From Promethearchaeota archaeon (GTDB lineage: Archaea > Asgardarchaeota > Lokiarchaeia > Sigyniarchaeales > SOKP01), in the NCBI GenBank assembly GCA_048941265.1, contig JBHLNT010000136.1, forward strand, positions 1-11,134: a stretch of 11,134 bases of DNA. The letters run 5' to 3'. Each line of letters opens with the position of its first letter. The stretch's first letter is position 1. Shown here piece after piece: positions 1 through 7,021 of this stretch. The notes below the pieces were generated by a model. The model was not told the DNA's origin, searched no databases, and worked only from the letters and a program-made list of their open reading frames with translations. Position numbers and translations under genes: made by a program.

Positions 1-99
1 AAATCCTATTTTAAGTAATTTCTAGTGCTGAGCAGAATTTATTTATTGTCTAAATTTTATATATATTTCTAAGTTATTTGATTGAATTGCCAGTTGCAG

Positions 100-156
100 T
101 AAAAAGTTTGTAGTTAGGCTAAAAAGTTTCTTTAGAAGGGATAAAAAGTTTCTTTA
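100..156. repeat. Three short direct repeats, core TAAAAAGTTT (100-109, 120-129, 142-151); copies 2 and 3 identical over 15 bp (TAAAAAGTTTCTTTA)
   Basis: Read directly from the sequence. Start-to-start spacing is 20 and 22 bp. The repeats lie immediately downstream of the stop codon of the minus-strand deaminase gene. Confidence 0.8.
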
Positions 157-612
157 CTAAAAATTAACAATAATTAGATTTGATTCCTTCAGTAATTCTT
201 CTTTTACTTTATTTTCCATATTATATCCTTCTTTATAAACCACTTTTTTGATTCCTGCGTTAATAATTAATTTCAAACAACTCATACAAGGATAAGTTGT
301 GCTAAATAGGGTAGTTTCTCCTTTTATCGACGTACCATGTATAGCTGCCTGTATAATACAATTTATTTCAGCATGAACACCTTTACATAATTCTGGTTTT
401 TCTCCACTTTTTAAATCTTTTCTAACACAGGATTCAGGGGTGCAATGCTTAAACCCAGGTGGCACACCATTATAACCTGTAGAGATAATATGTGAATCTT
501 TGACTAGTACGGCTCCCACTTTTCTTTTTACGCACGTAGAGCGTTGAGAGACAACCTCAGCAATTTTCATGAAATATTCATCTTTAGAAATTCTAGTGTT
601 TTCTTTACTCAT
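157..612 (-). CDS. dCMP deaminase (deoxycytidylate deaminase / ComEB-like zinc-dependent deaminase)
   Basis: Zn-deaminase motifs HAE and PCxxC (HAEINC, YPCMSC); family-typical segment RSTCxKRKVGAVLVKDxxIISTGYNG; 151 aa. Confidence 0.92.
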   Translation of the reverse strand: MSKENTRISKDEYFMKIAEVVSQRSTCVKRKVGAVLVKDSHIISTGYNGVPPGFKHCTPESCVRKDLKSGEKPELCKGVHAEINCIIQAAIHGTSIKGETTLFSTTYPCMSCLKLIINAGIKKVVYKEGYNMENKVKEELLKESNLIIVNF

Positions 613-675
613 AACAACCCATCATTATGAATTCAATTTTAATACTTTTAAATAAATCAATATTTTAATTAAATT

Positions 676-2046
676 ATGACAAGTGATAGTAAGCAAAACG
701 TTACTTTTTTAATTTGGCTTTTAGCAATTATATTTTGCTGGATTTTGGGGACTACTGTTTCAACAATATTATTGGACTTTATCGTTGAATTATCTTTTCA
801 AGAGATTCAATTTGCAGAGTCATTATTTAGTTATACTATTGCGCTTACCATCTTCATTTGGGGTTATCTCGTTGATAGATTCAATAATAAAAGAAAAATA
901 ATTTTAACTTTAAGTTCTCTGCTATGGATTAGCGGGAGTTTTATGTTATTTTTTATTCCAATCAACTTTTTTACGTATAGCTTGATTCAGATCATTTGGG
1001 GTTTGTCATTTGGAGCTAGTGGGCCCTTAATTGCTTCATATCTAGGAGATGTTTTTAAAATTGAAGATAGAGGTAAATTATTTTCAATTTTTACTATTTT
1101 TATTTATATTATAAAAGGCTCTAATATAGTTATCAATGGTCTTATTGGAGAAAGCCTTGGAAATTGGAAAGCCCCGACTTTTATCTTTGCGATATTAGGA
1201 ATTCTAATTCTATTTGGATTCAACCTATTTAGTAAGGAGCCCAATCTTGCTTCAATTGAACCCGAATTTAAAACTTTTGAAGATTTTTCTTATAAATATT
1301 ATATAACTTCAGAAGAGATTAAAATAATCTTAAAAAAAAAGACAAACTCATTATTCTTAGCCCAAGGAATTAGTGGAATGATAGGCGTCGTTATTGTAAG
1401 CAGATATATGATCTATTGGTTTACAAGTGGTCAGTATGATGGATTGAATATTGATACCGGATTAGCATTGCTCCTTTTAGGAACTGGAGGGGCAGTAGGC
1501 GGACTTGTTGGAATAGTAATTGCGGGAAGGTGGATTGACAGCCAATTTAAGCATAATAAGATTAATAGGATACTCTTATTTTCAATTATTTGCTTGTTTA
1601 TGCAAATCATCTTCTATTCAATTTTAATTCTTGGAATAAATTACCCAAATGATATAAATAAGAAAATCAATAGAATTGATATCTTCCTCCAATTGTACCC
1701 AGCTTTTATTGGATTTATTCTTATTTTTAATCTGTGCGTTTTTTGCGGAACCCCAGTTGGAACAACAGTGGGAGTTGCTAGAACGCATATAAATCTTCCA
1801 GAACACCGCGGGACTGCAGGCGCTCTCTACGACTTGACTGATTTTATCGGAGCAGGGCTCGGGATAATATTAGGTACTGTGTTCATGATCATTTTGAATA
1901 GCTTTCGACTAACTATTTTATATGGAGCATTATTTTGGCTAATCTCAGGGGTCATTTGGTTATTTATTGCTAAATTCATAAAACAAGACTATGAAAGTTC
2001 TCGCGAAATTTTAAAAAATAGAGCAAATTCAGATAAGCAGAGTTGA
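676..2046 (+). CDS. Major facilitator superfamily transporter, substrate unknown
   Basis: 456 aa with about 12 hydrophobic segments in two halves; MFS motif-A-like WGYLVDRFNNKRK, repeated as AGRWIDSQF; loop motifs IEDRGK and PEHRGTAGA. Confidence 0.9.
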   Translation: MTSDSKQNVTFLIWLLAIIFCWILGTTVSTILLDFIVELSFQEIQFAESLFSYTIALTIFIWGYLVDRFNNKRKIILTLSSLLWISGSFMLFFIPINFFTYSLIQIIWGLSFGASGPLIASYLGDVFKIEDRGKLFSIFTIFIYIIKGSNIVINGLIGESLGNWKAPTFIFAILGILILFGFNLFSKEPNLASIEPEFKTFEDFSYKYYITSEEIKIILKKKTNSLFLAQGISGMIGVVIVSRYMIYWFTSGQYDGLNIDTGLALLLLGTGGAVGGLVGIVIAGRWIDSQFKHNKINRILLFSIICLFMQIIFYSILILGINYPNDINKKINRIDIFLQLYPAFIGFILIFNLCVFCGTPVGTTVGVARTHINLPEHRGTAGALYDLTDFIGAGLGIILGTVFMIILNSFRLTILYGALFWLISGVIWLFIAKFIKQDYESSREILKNRANSDKQS

Positions 2047-2052
2047 TTTTTT

Positions 2053-2544
2053 ATGAAACCGACGTTAAGGAATATTAAAGATTCAGATGGTTATCATATT
2101 ACCTCGATCATAAATTACTTCACAAAAAATAGTTTTGCTGCATTTCCAAATAAAGAAGTCGGAATTGAATTTTTTATTGCATTAAAAAAGGAAGCAATAG
2201 CATTTTATATGCTTGAGATAAATAAAGAACCAGTTGGTTTTTGTTGTTTAAGAAAATATAATCCATTTGAGACTTTCTCTCATACGGGGCTTCTTACTTA
2301 TTTTATTTTACCTGAATATACAAAGAAGGGTTTTGGTACTCTTATGTTGTCGCAACTAATCAATGATGCAGAATCAAATGGAATTAATAATTTACTTGCT
2401 TGTATTGCGTCTCAGAATATTCAGAGTATTAAATTTCATGAAAAACATGGTTTTATTGAATGTGGGAGGTTTAAAAACGTGGGATACAAATTTAATCAAT
2501 TTTTTGACCTTGTTTGGATGCAAAAATTCTTAACAGAGTCATAG
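2053..2544 (+). CDS. GNAT N-acetyltransferase, phosphinothricin/methionine-sulfoximine acetyltransferase (Pat/YncA)-like
   Basis: Acetyl-CoA motif A (YILPEYTKKGFGTLML) and the Pat-family C-terminus NxxSIKFHEKHGFxxxGRFKNVGYKFNQFFDLVWMQK. It starts 6 bp after the MFS stop, so the two are probably co-transcribed. Confidence 0.85.
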   Translation: MKPTLRNIKDSDGYHITSIINYFTKNSFAAFPNKEVGIEFFIALKKEAIAFYMLEINKEPVGFCCLRKYNPFETFSHTGLLTYFILPEYTKKGFGTLMLSQLINDAESNGINNLLACIASQNIQSIKFHEKHGFIECGRFKNVGYKFNQFFDLVWMQKFLTES

Positions 2545-2612
2545 ATAAATGAAAACTTTCTTGAAATTTTTAAAGAGAGACAAAAAATTTATAGTTAATT
2601 TTTGACAAAAAG

Positions 2613-2713
2613 TTACAAAGTATTAAATATTCAATAATCTAGTTATTCACTAACCGAAATCTAATTCATAAATCAACTTTATGTAATATTAAATTAAATT
2701 AGAGGTGAATAGT
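2613..2713 (+). promoter_or_regulatory. Putative promoter, leader and RBS of small paralogue 1: TATA-like TTAAATAT (2623-2630), conserved block 2653-2679, SD GAGGTGA (2702-2708)
   Basis: The same elements recur in the same order and nearly the same spacing at 3149-3252. The SD lies 5 nt before ATG 2714. Confidence 0.7.
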
Positions 2714-3046
2714 ATGGGATATATTGTTGTAACTGCTTGGTACCCAAGTCATTTGGGAACTGAGCTTGGGAAAAAGTACCTAGAAGTATTAAAAAAGTAT
2801 CCCCTTAGTAAATCCCCAGGAAAAGTGATTATACCAGTTATGGTTACGACGACTAAAAAAGGAATTAAAGTCATGAGTATTACTGAGTTCAAGGATGATG
2901 ATCCTCAAATGCATGCAGACGTTTTGAATTGGGCCAATAACAATATGGTAGAATACATGAACATCAAGGGTTTTGAATATAAGACTAGATTGTGGGGATC
3001 AATACAAGCATCTATGGAACTGATTGGACTGAAAATGCCTGAATAA
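2714..3046 (+). CDS. Uncharacterised ~110-aa protein, paralogue 1 (predicted small alpha/beta, possibly ferredoxin-like fold)
   Basis: ORF-track frame 2705-3046, start moved to ATG 2714 because the GTG at 2705 is part of the SD GAGGTGA. Aligns end to end with the ORFs at 3253 and 4760 (M-x-Y...W-x-P...K[YF]P...GI-x3-SI-x-E...GF[EK]Y...IG-x3-P). Confidence 0.85.
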   Translation: MGYIVVTAWYPSHLGTELGKKYLEVLKKYPLSKSPGKVIIPVMVTTTKKGIKVMSITEFKDDDPQMHADVLNWANNNMVEYMNIKGFEYKTRLWGSIQASMELIGLKMPE

Positions 3047-3087
3047 ATTATAATCCCTGAAATTTTTAAGAATTTTCTCAATTTCTC

Positions 3088-3096
3088 TTTTTTTTT
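3088..3096 (+). terminator. Oligo-T (T9) archaeal-type terminator after paralogue 1
   Basis: T9 run in a pyrimidine-rich tract starting 42 nt after the stop codon. Equivalent tracts follow paralogues 2 and 3. Confidence 0.55.
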
Positions 3097-3148
3097 CATA
3101 TATTGAACTCTTTTTTCAATTAAATCATGTTTATAAGTTTTAGGCTTT

Positions 3149-3252
3149 TTACAATAATGTTAAATATCCTTATATCTAGATATTAAACATACCGAAATCT
3201 GATTCAAAAATAAACTTAATTTAAGTTAAATATTAAAATTGAGGTGAAAATT
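3149..3252 (+). promoter_or_regulatory. Putative promoter, leader and RBS of small paralogue 2: TTAAATAT (3160-3167), palindrome ATATCTAGATAT (3172-3183), conserved block 3191-3217, SD GAGGTGA (3241-3247)
   Basis: Diverged direct-repeat copy of 2613-2713. The SD lies 5 nt before ATG 3253. Confidence 0.7.
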
Positions 3253-3576
3253 ATGCCATATCTTGTTAACAAATCATGGTGGCCAAGCGATAAAACTACC
3301 GAAGTTGTAAATAAAGCTGTTGAATTATTTCCAAAATATCCTCCAGATCCTTCATTATCAAAAACAGTTGTACCTAATTGTGTAAGAGCAACTAATAGAG
3401 GGATCGAGAATATATCTATAGCTGAAGTAAAAAAAGGAAAGCTTGAAGAAGCTTTAATAGCTGCCCAAAAATATGCAGCAGAATACCATGACATTGTGGG
3501 ATTTGAATATGCAATTCAAGTTTGGGCAACTCAATTAGAAGCATTTTCAGCGATTGGAAGGAAACCACCAGAGTAA
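3253..3576 (+). CDS. Uncharacterised 107-aa protein, paralogue 2
   Basis: ORF-track frame 3244-3576, start moved to ATG 3253 because the GTG at 3244 lies inside the SD. About 35% identical to paralogue 1 by hand alignment. Confidence 0.85.
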   Translation: MPYLVNKSWWPSDKTTEVVNKAVELFPKYPPDPSLSKTVVPNCVRATNRGIENISIAEVKKGKLEEALIAAQKYAAEYHDIVGFEYAIQVWATQLEAFSAIGRKPPE

Positions 3577-3602
3577 CTTAATAATAAAACTAAAATATTA
3601 AA

Positions 3603-3626
3603 GAGATTTCAAATCTCATTTTTTTT
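3603..3626 (+). terminator. Inverted repeat GAGATTT-C-AAATCTC followed by T8; putative terminator between convergent paralogue 2 and SDR
   Basis: Perfect 7-bp inverted repeat at 3603-3617 and T8 at 3619-3626, starting 43 nt after the stop. Confidence 0.6.
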
Positions 3627-3649
3627 CTAAGTTAATTTTAACAATATCT

Positions 3650-4546
3650 CTAACTAATACGATTTAGGAGGAATTCTATAAACTTCCTATTTTTTTTTAC
3701 TTCTCCATATAATTTTGCTTTTTTTTCCTCAAAATAAGCTTTAAAGAATTTCCAATCTGCTTTTTTATCTTTAGGTGCGCCTCTAATTAACTTTTTAACC
3801 CTTTCAAAATCTTCAGTAAATACGAATTCGTTATTTACGCTATTACCGGCTTCAGATAAATAAAATAGATAATAATCGTTAAGATCCCATGGATCTAAGT
3901 AATCATCGGGTTTATTTCCATCTTCAGCAGCGTCACCTCGAGTGATTCTTGTATCAACAAATTGTGGGCATATCTGGTTAAAAGTTATATTTTCGAGCCT
4001 ATATTCGAGTGCCATTGCTTTTTGTAATCCAACCACGGCATATTTCGAGGCAGAATAAGAAGCAAACAAAGGTAATGGAGTTCGGTATGCCTGGCTGCCT
4101 GTTATAATGAACCTAGCTCTGTCTTTCTTGTTGCTTTTGTTTAGATATGGGTATGCAGCTTTGAAAGTGTGATATACTCCTACTACATTTATCATAATCA
4201 CTTTAAGAAATCTTTCAGTTGTCACTTCATGAGTTATTGCTCTCCTTGTTATTCCCGCATTTGCGAGTACACCATTGAATAATCCCAACTCATCATGAAA
4301 TGCCTTAAAAGCGGTTTCTAATTCATCAAAATTTGTCACATCAGCAGTGTGGACAACTGCCTTTACATCCTCAATTTGTAAATCATCAATCATTTTTTTT
4401 GTAATATTCAACTGTTCTAAGGTTCTTGCAGCCAGTCCTAAACTTGCTCCTTCTTTAGCGCACGCAATTGCTACATGCTGCCCAATACCCCTTCCAGCAC
4501 CAGTTATGATTATATTTTTCCCTTTTAATAACATTGCTAAAACCAT
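3650..4546 (-). CDS. Short-chain dehydrogenase/reductase (classical SDR, probably NADP(H)-preferring) with a C-terminal extension
   Basis: TGxxxGxG (TGAGRGIG), NAG, catalytic Ser (ITGS) and YxxxK (YSASK); Arg after beta-2 (LAAR). An alternative ATG start lies at 4534. Confidence 0.92.
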   Translation of the reverse strand: MVLAMLLKGKNIIITGAGRGIGQHVAIACAKEGASLGLAARTLEQLNITKKMIDDLQIEDVKAVVHTADVTNFDELETAFKAFHDELGLFNGVLANAGITRRAITHEVTTERFLKVIMINVVGVYHTFKAAYPYLNKSNKKDRARFIITGSQAYRTPLPLFASYSASKYAVVGLQKAMALEYRLENITFNQICPQFVDTRITRGDAAEDGNKPDDYLDPWDLNDYYLFYLSEAGNSVNNEFVFTEDFERVKKLIRGAPKDKKADWKFFKAYFEEKKAKLYGEVKKNRKFIEFLLNRIS

Positions 4547-4759
4547 ATCAGTTTCAATTTAGAATATAATTAGAGTTGATATTATATAAATTAAATCTTC
4601 GCCGAAAGTGCAAAAATTGATAATTTAACACAAATGTAAAAATTTATATCCTTAATTATGATCCTTTTTATTTGCCACAAGAAATCAATTTTATTAAAAA
4701 TACTGAAAGAAGCGTTTAATCGCTAAATTAAATCAAAATGATAAAAGGAGGTTAGAAAT

Positions 4760-5104
4760 TTGGTTTATATTATGTTAACAGTATGGGTTCCCCCTGAGAA
4801 GGGGAGAGCATTAGGCAAAGCAGTATTGGATGGAGTAAAGAAATTTCCTGGAGATGAGTCAATTTCAAAACTAATCATACAAGCTGTTACAACAGATGAT
4901 TATGGTATCAGGGCATTTTCAATTAGTGAAGTATTAAAAGGTCAGATTACAAAAGCATTATCTCATACTTCTGAATTAGCGATTTTTTATGCAGAAACAA
5001 TTGGACCGGGATTTAAATACAAATTAGAGACTCTAATGTCGGCAATAGAAGCAATGAAAGTAATTGGACTTGAAATGCCTCAAGAAGCTCCCGAAATCTA
5101 CTAA
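4760..5104 (+). CDS. Uncharacterised 114-aa protein, paralogue 3
   Basis: TTG start preceded by the strong SD AGGAGGT (4746-4752). Shares W-x-P, KKFP, GI-x3-SISE, GFKY and IGLEMP with paralogues 1 and 2. Confidence 0.85.
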   Translation: MVYIMLTVWVPPEKGRALGKAVLDGVKKFPGDESISKLIIQAVTTDDYGIRAFSISEVLKGQITKALSHTSELAIFYAETIGPGFKYKLETLMSAIEAMKVIGLEMPQEAPEIY

Positions 5105-5131
5105 AGAATAAGAATTTTTAAAGTAGTTCAT

Positions 5132-5156
5132 AAAAAAATATTTAAATCTTTTTTTT
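5132..5156. terminator. A7-T-ATTTAAAT-C-T8 near-palindrome; putative bidirectional terminator between paralogue 3 and the esterase
   Basis: Inverted repeat 5132-5155 with one mismatched pair. It gives a T-run on each strand between convergent genes. Confidence 0.55.
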
Positions 5157-5209
5157 ATTATCAATATTTTTTTATACTTTAAATAGAAATTTAAAGAAAA
5201 AATTGAAAT

Positions 5210-6106
5210 TTACAAAAAGAATTTTTTTATGAATTCTCCCATTTTTTCAATTCCCTGCTGTCCTTCTAGAGCAAATGCAGCAAAAGCTGGAAATACGTGG
5301 GGCATATCATCCCAAATATCTAAGGTAACGTCTACACCCGCTTCTTTTGCCCGCTTAGCAAGCACTTCTGAATCATCAAGGAGGAGCTCAGCAGTTCCTA
5401 CTTGAATATATATAGGAGGTAAGCCTTTTAGATCCGCATATATAGGTGAAACTAAAGGATTCTGATAATCGGTGTCTCCTAAATATAATTCTGCAAAAAA
5501 GCTTATCCCATAAATAGTTATAACCGGGTCAATTTTTCTGTTCTTTCTATAGGATTCTCCGGTAATCCCTAAATCAGTCCAGGGAGAAAGCCCGACGGCG
5601 GCGGCTGGCAATGCTATTCCGTTGTCGCGTAGATTTATGAGTGTAGCAAACGTTAATCCTCCTCCAGCAGAATCGCCTGCTATTATAATATTTTTAGCAT
5701 TAATATTTTGCTCGTCAATAAGCCATTTATATGCCTTAGTAGAATCTTCTACGGCGGCAGGAAATGGATGTTCCGGTGCGAGGCGATATTCAATCATTAA
5801 AGCCCGAGTTTTGGTTGTTCTTGAAATTCTTGATACAAGTTCCCGATGAGAATTTAAAGAGCCACTTATATATCCCCCTCCATGCAAGTAGAAAATAATT
5901 TTGTCTTCTCGAGCCTCTGGTGCGGAAACCCATTCAGCAGGGATACCTTTAATATCTAGGGGAACACACTTTACATCTTTAGGAACTTTTACTAATTTGG
6001 CCAAATCTTCTAGACCATCACGTTCTTTTTTAACTCTTTCTTTGATATCTTCAGCCTTTCTTTCCCTTATTATGTTAATAACAAATTCCATACCTTTACT
6101 GACCAT
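5210..6106 (-). CDS. Alpha/beta hydrolase, hormone-sensitive-lipase (family IV) esterase or lactone hydrolase-like
   Basis: HGGG oxyanion motif, YRLAPEHPFPAA, nucleophile elbow GDSAGG, acidic residue in GTAELLLDD and catalytic His in MPHVF. Confidence 0.93.
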   Translation of the reverse strand: MVSKGMEFVINIIRERKAEDIKERVKKERDGLEDLAKLVKVPKDVKCVPLDIKGIPAEWVSAPEAREDKIIFYLHGGGYISGSLNSHRELVSRISRTTKTRALMIEYRLAPEHPFPAAVEDSTKAYKWLIDEQNINAKNIIIAGDSAGGGLTFATLINLRDNGIALPAAAVGLSPWTDLGITGESYRKNRKIDPVITIYGISFFAELYLGDTDYQNPLVSPIYADLKGLPPIYIQVGTAELLLDDSEVLAKRAKEAGVDVTLDIWDDMPHVFPAFAAFALEGQQGIEKMGEFIKKFFL

Positions 6107-6304
6107 TATTACTTTTACCTTTCCTTTTCTTTACTAAATTTTAATTTTAAGATTTTAAAGATTGGTTAATTTATATTATTTTTAGATTAATAAGGTTTAA
6201 ATTCATGCAAAATGATATTGGTAAAATTCTTAATCAGTAAATAACTTAGATTAAATAGAGTATAGATTATAATTTGACTTATTTTTCAATAACTATATAA
6301 AACT

Positions 6305-7021
6305 ATGAAGATTTTATCTGAAGTGGCATGGGGAAAACCTGTACTAAAGCTTCTCTCGTATGCAAATCAATTAAACAAAAATTGTAAGACCATAATTGTA
6401 ATACGTCATTCTGCACGAGAAGAGCCTGAAGAGCTTAAAGAGGTTTTTAAAGCACCTCTCACCACATTAGGGAAAGAGGCTGCTTTTGAATTTGGAAGTC
6501 TTTTACCTAATAGTAGAACTTATCAAATATATCACAGCACAATTGATCGGTGTAGAGAAACTGCTAAGTATATAGAAAAAGGCATTAAAAGTAAGAATGG
6601 AAAGACAATTTTTCATGGAGATATGGAAACATTAATGAGAATAAAGTGTATCGAAGAAAAATTTATAGAATATGTAGAGCGAGATGATTTTCTTTTCGTA
6701 GATCACTGGGTTGCGGGGCATTATCCTCAGGATGAGATCGAACCTGCTATTGAGCTTGCTAAACGTACAGCTTTTGAAATAACCTATAATTCAAATTCAA
6801 TAGAACAAAACACGTTAGATATTTATATAACTCATGACTTCCATATTTTAGTTTATTTATTCTATTGGGCGGGAGTTTTATCAACATCTCGGTGGATTCA
6901 ATATCTTGATGGATTTATCTTACAATTTAAGAAAAATAAGTTAATTTTTTTTTATAATGAGGGGAAAAAAGAAATTGATTATCCACATTGGTGGAAAAAC
7001 ATTCCTCTTACAAATTGTTGA
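6305..7021 (+). CDS. Histidine phosphatase superfamily protein (phosphoglycerate mutase-like fold)
   Basis: RH[G/S] motif (VIRHSAR), LTxxG (LTTLG), SxxxRCxxTA (STIDRCRETA) and second catalytic His (ITHD). Confidence 0.85.
   Translation: MKILSEVAWGKPVLKLLSYANQLNKNCKTIIVIRHSAREEPEELKEVFKAPLTTLGKEAAFEFGSLLPNSRTYQIYHSTIDRCRETAKYIEKGIKSKNGKTIFHGDMETLMRIKCIEEKFIEYVERDDFLFVDHWVAGHYPQDEIEPAIELAKRTAFEITYNSNSIEQNTLDIYITHDFHILVYLFYWAGVLSTSRWIQYLDGFILQFKKNKLIFFYNEGKKEIDYPHWWKNIPLTNC

Noticed and set aside
100-156. Mini-CRISPR array
   Set aside because: Repeats of 10-15 bp and gaps of 10 bp or less are far too short, and there are no cas genes in the window.
2705-3252. GTG starts at 2705 and 3244 given by the ORF track
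   Set aside because: Both GTGs are inside the SD sequence GAGGTGA. The downstream ATGs (2714, 3253) have proper spacing and align with the start of paralogue 3.
2613-3626. Integron-like cassette array or mobile element explaining the tandem small genes
   Set aside because: No integrase or transposase, no attC-like structure, terminal inverted repeats or target-site duplications were recognised. An old tandem duplication is sufficient to explain the pattern.
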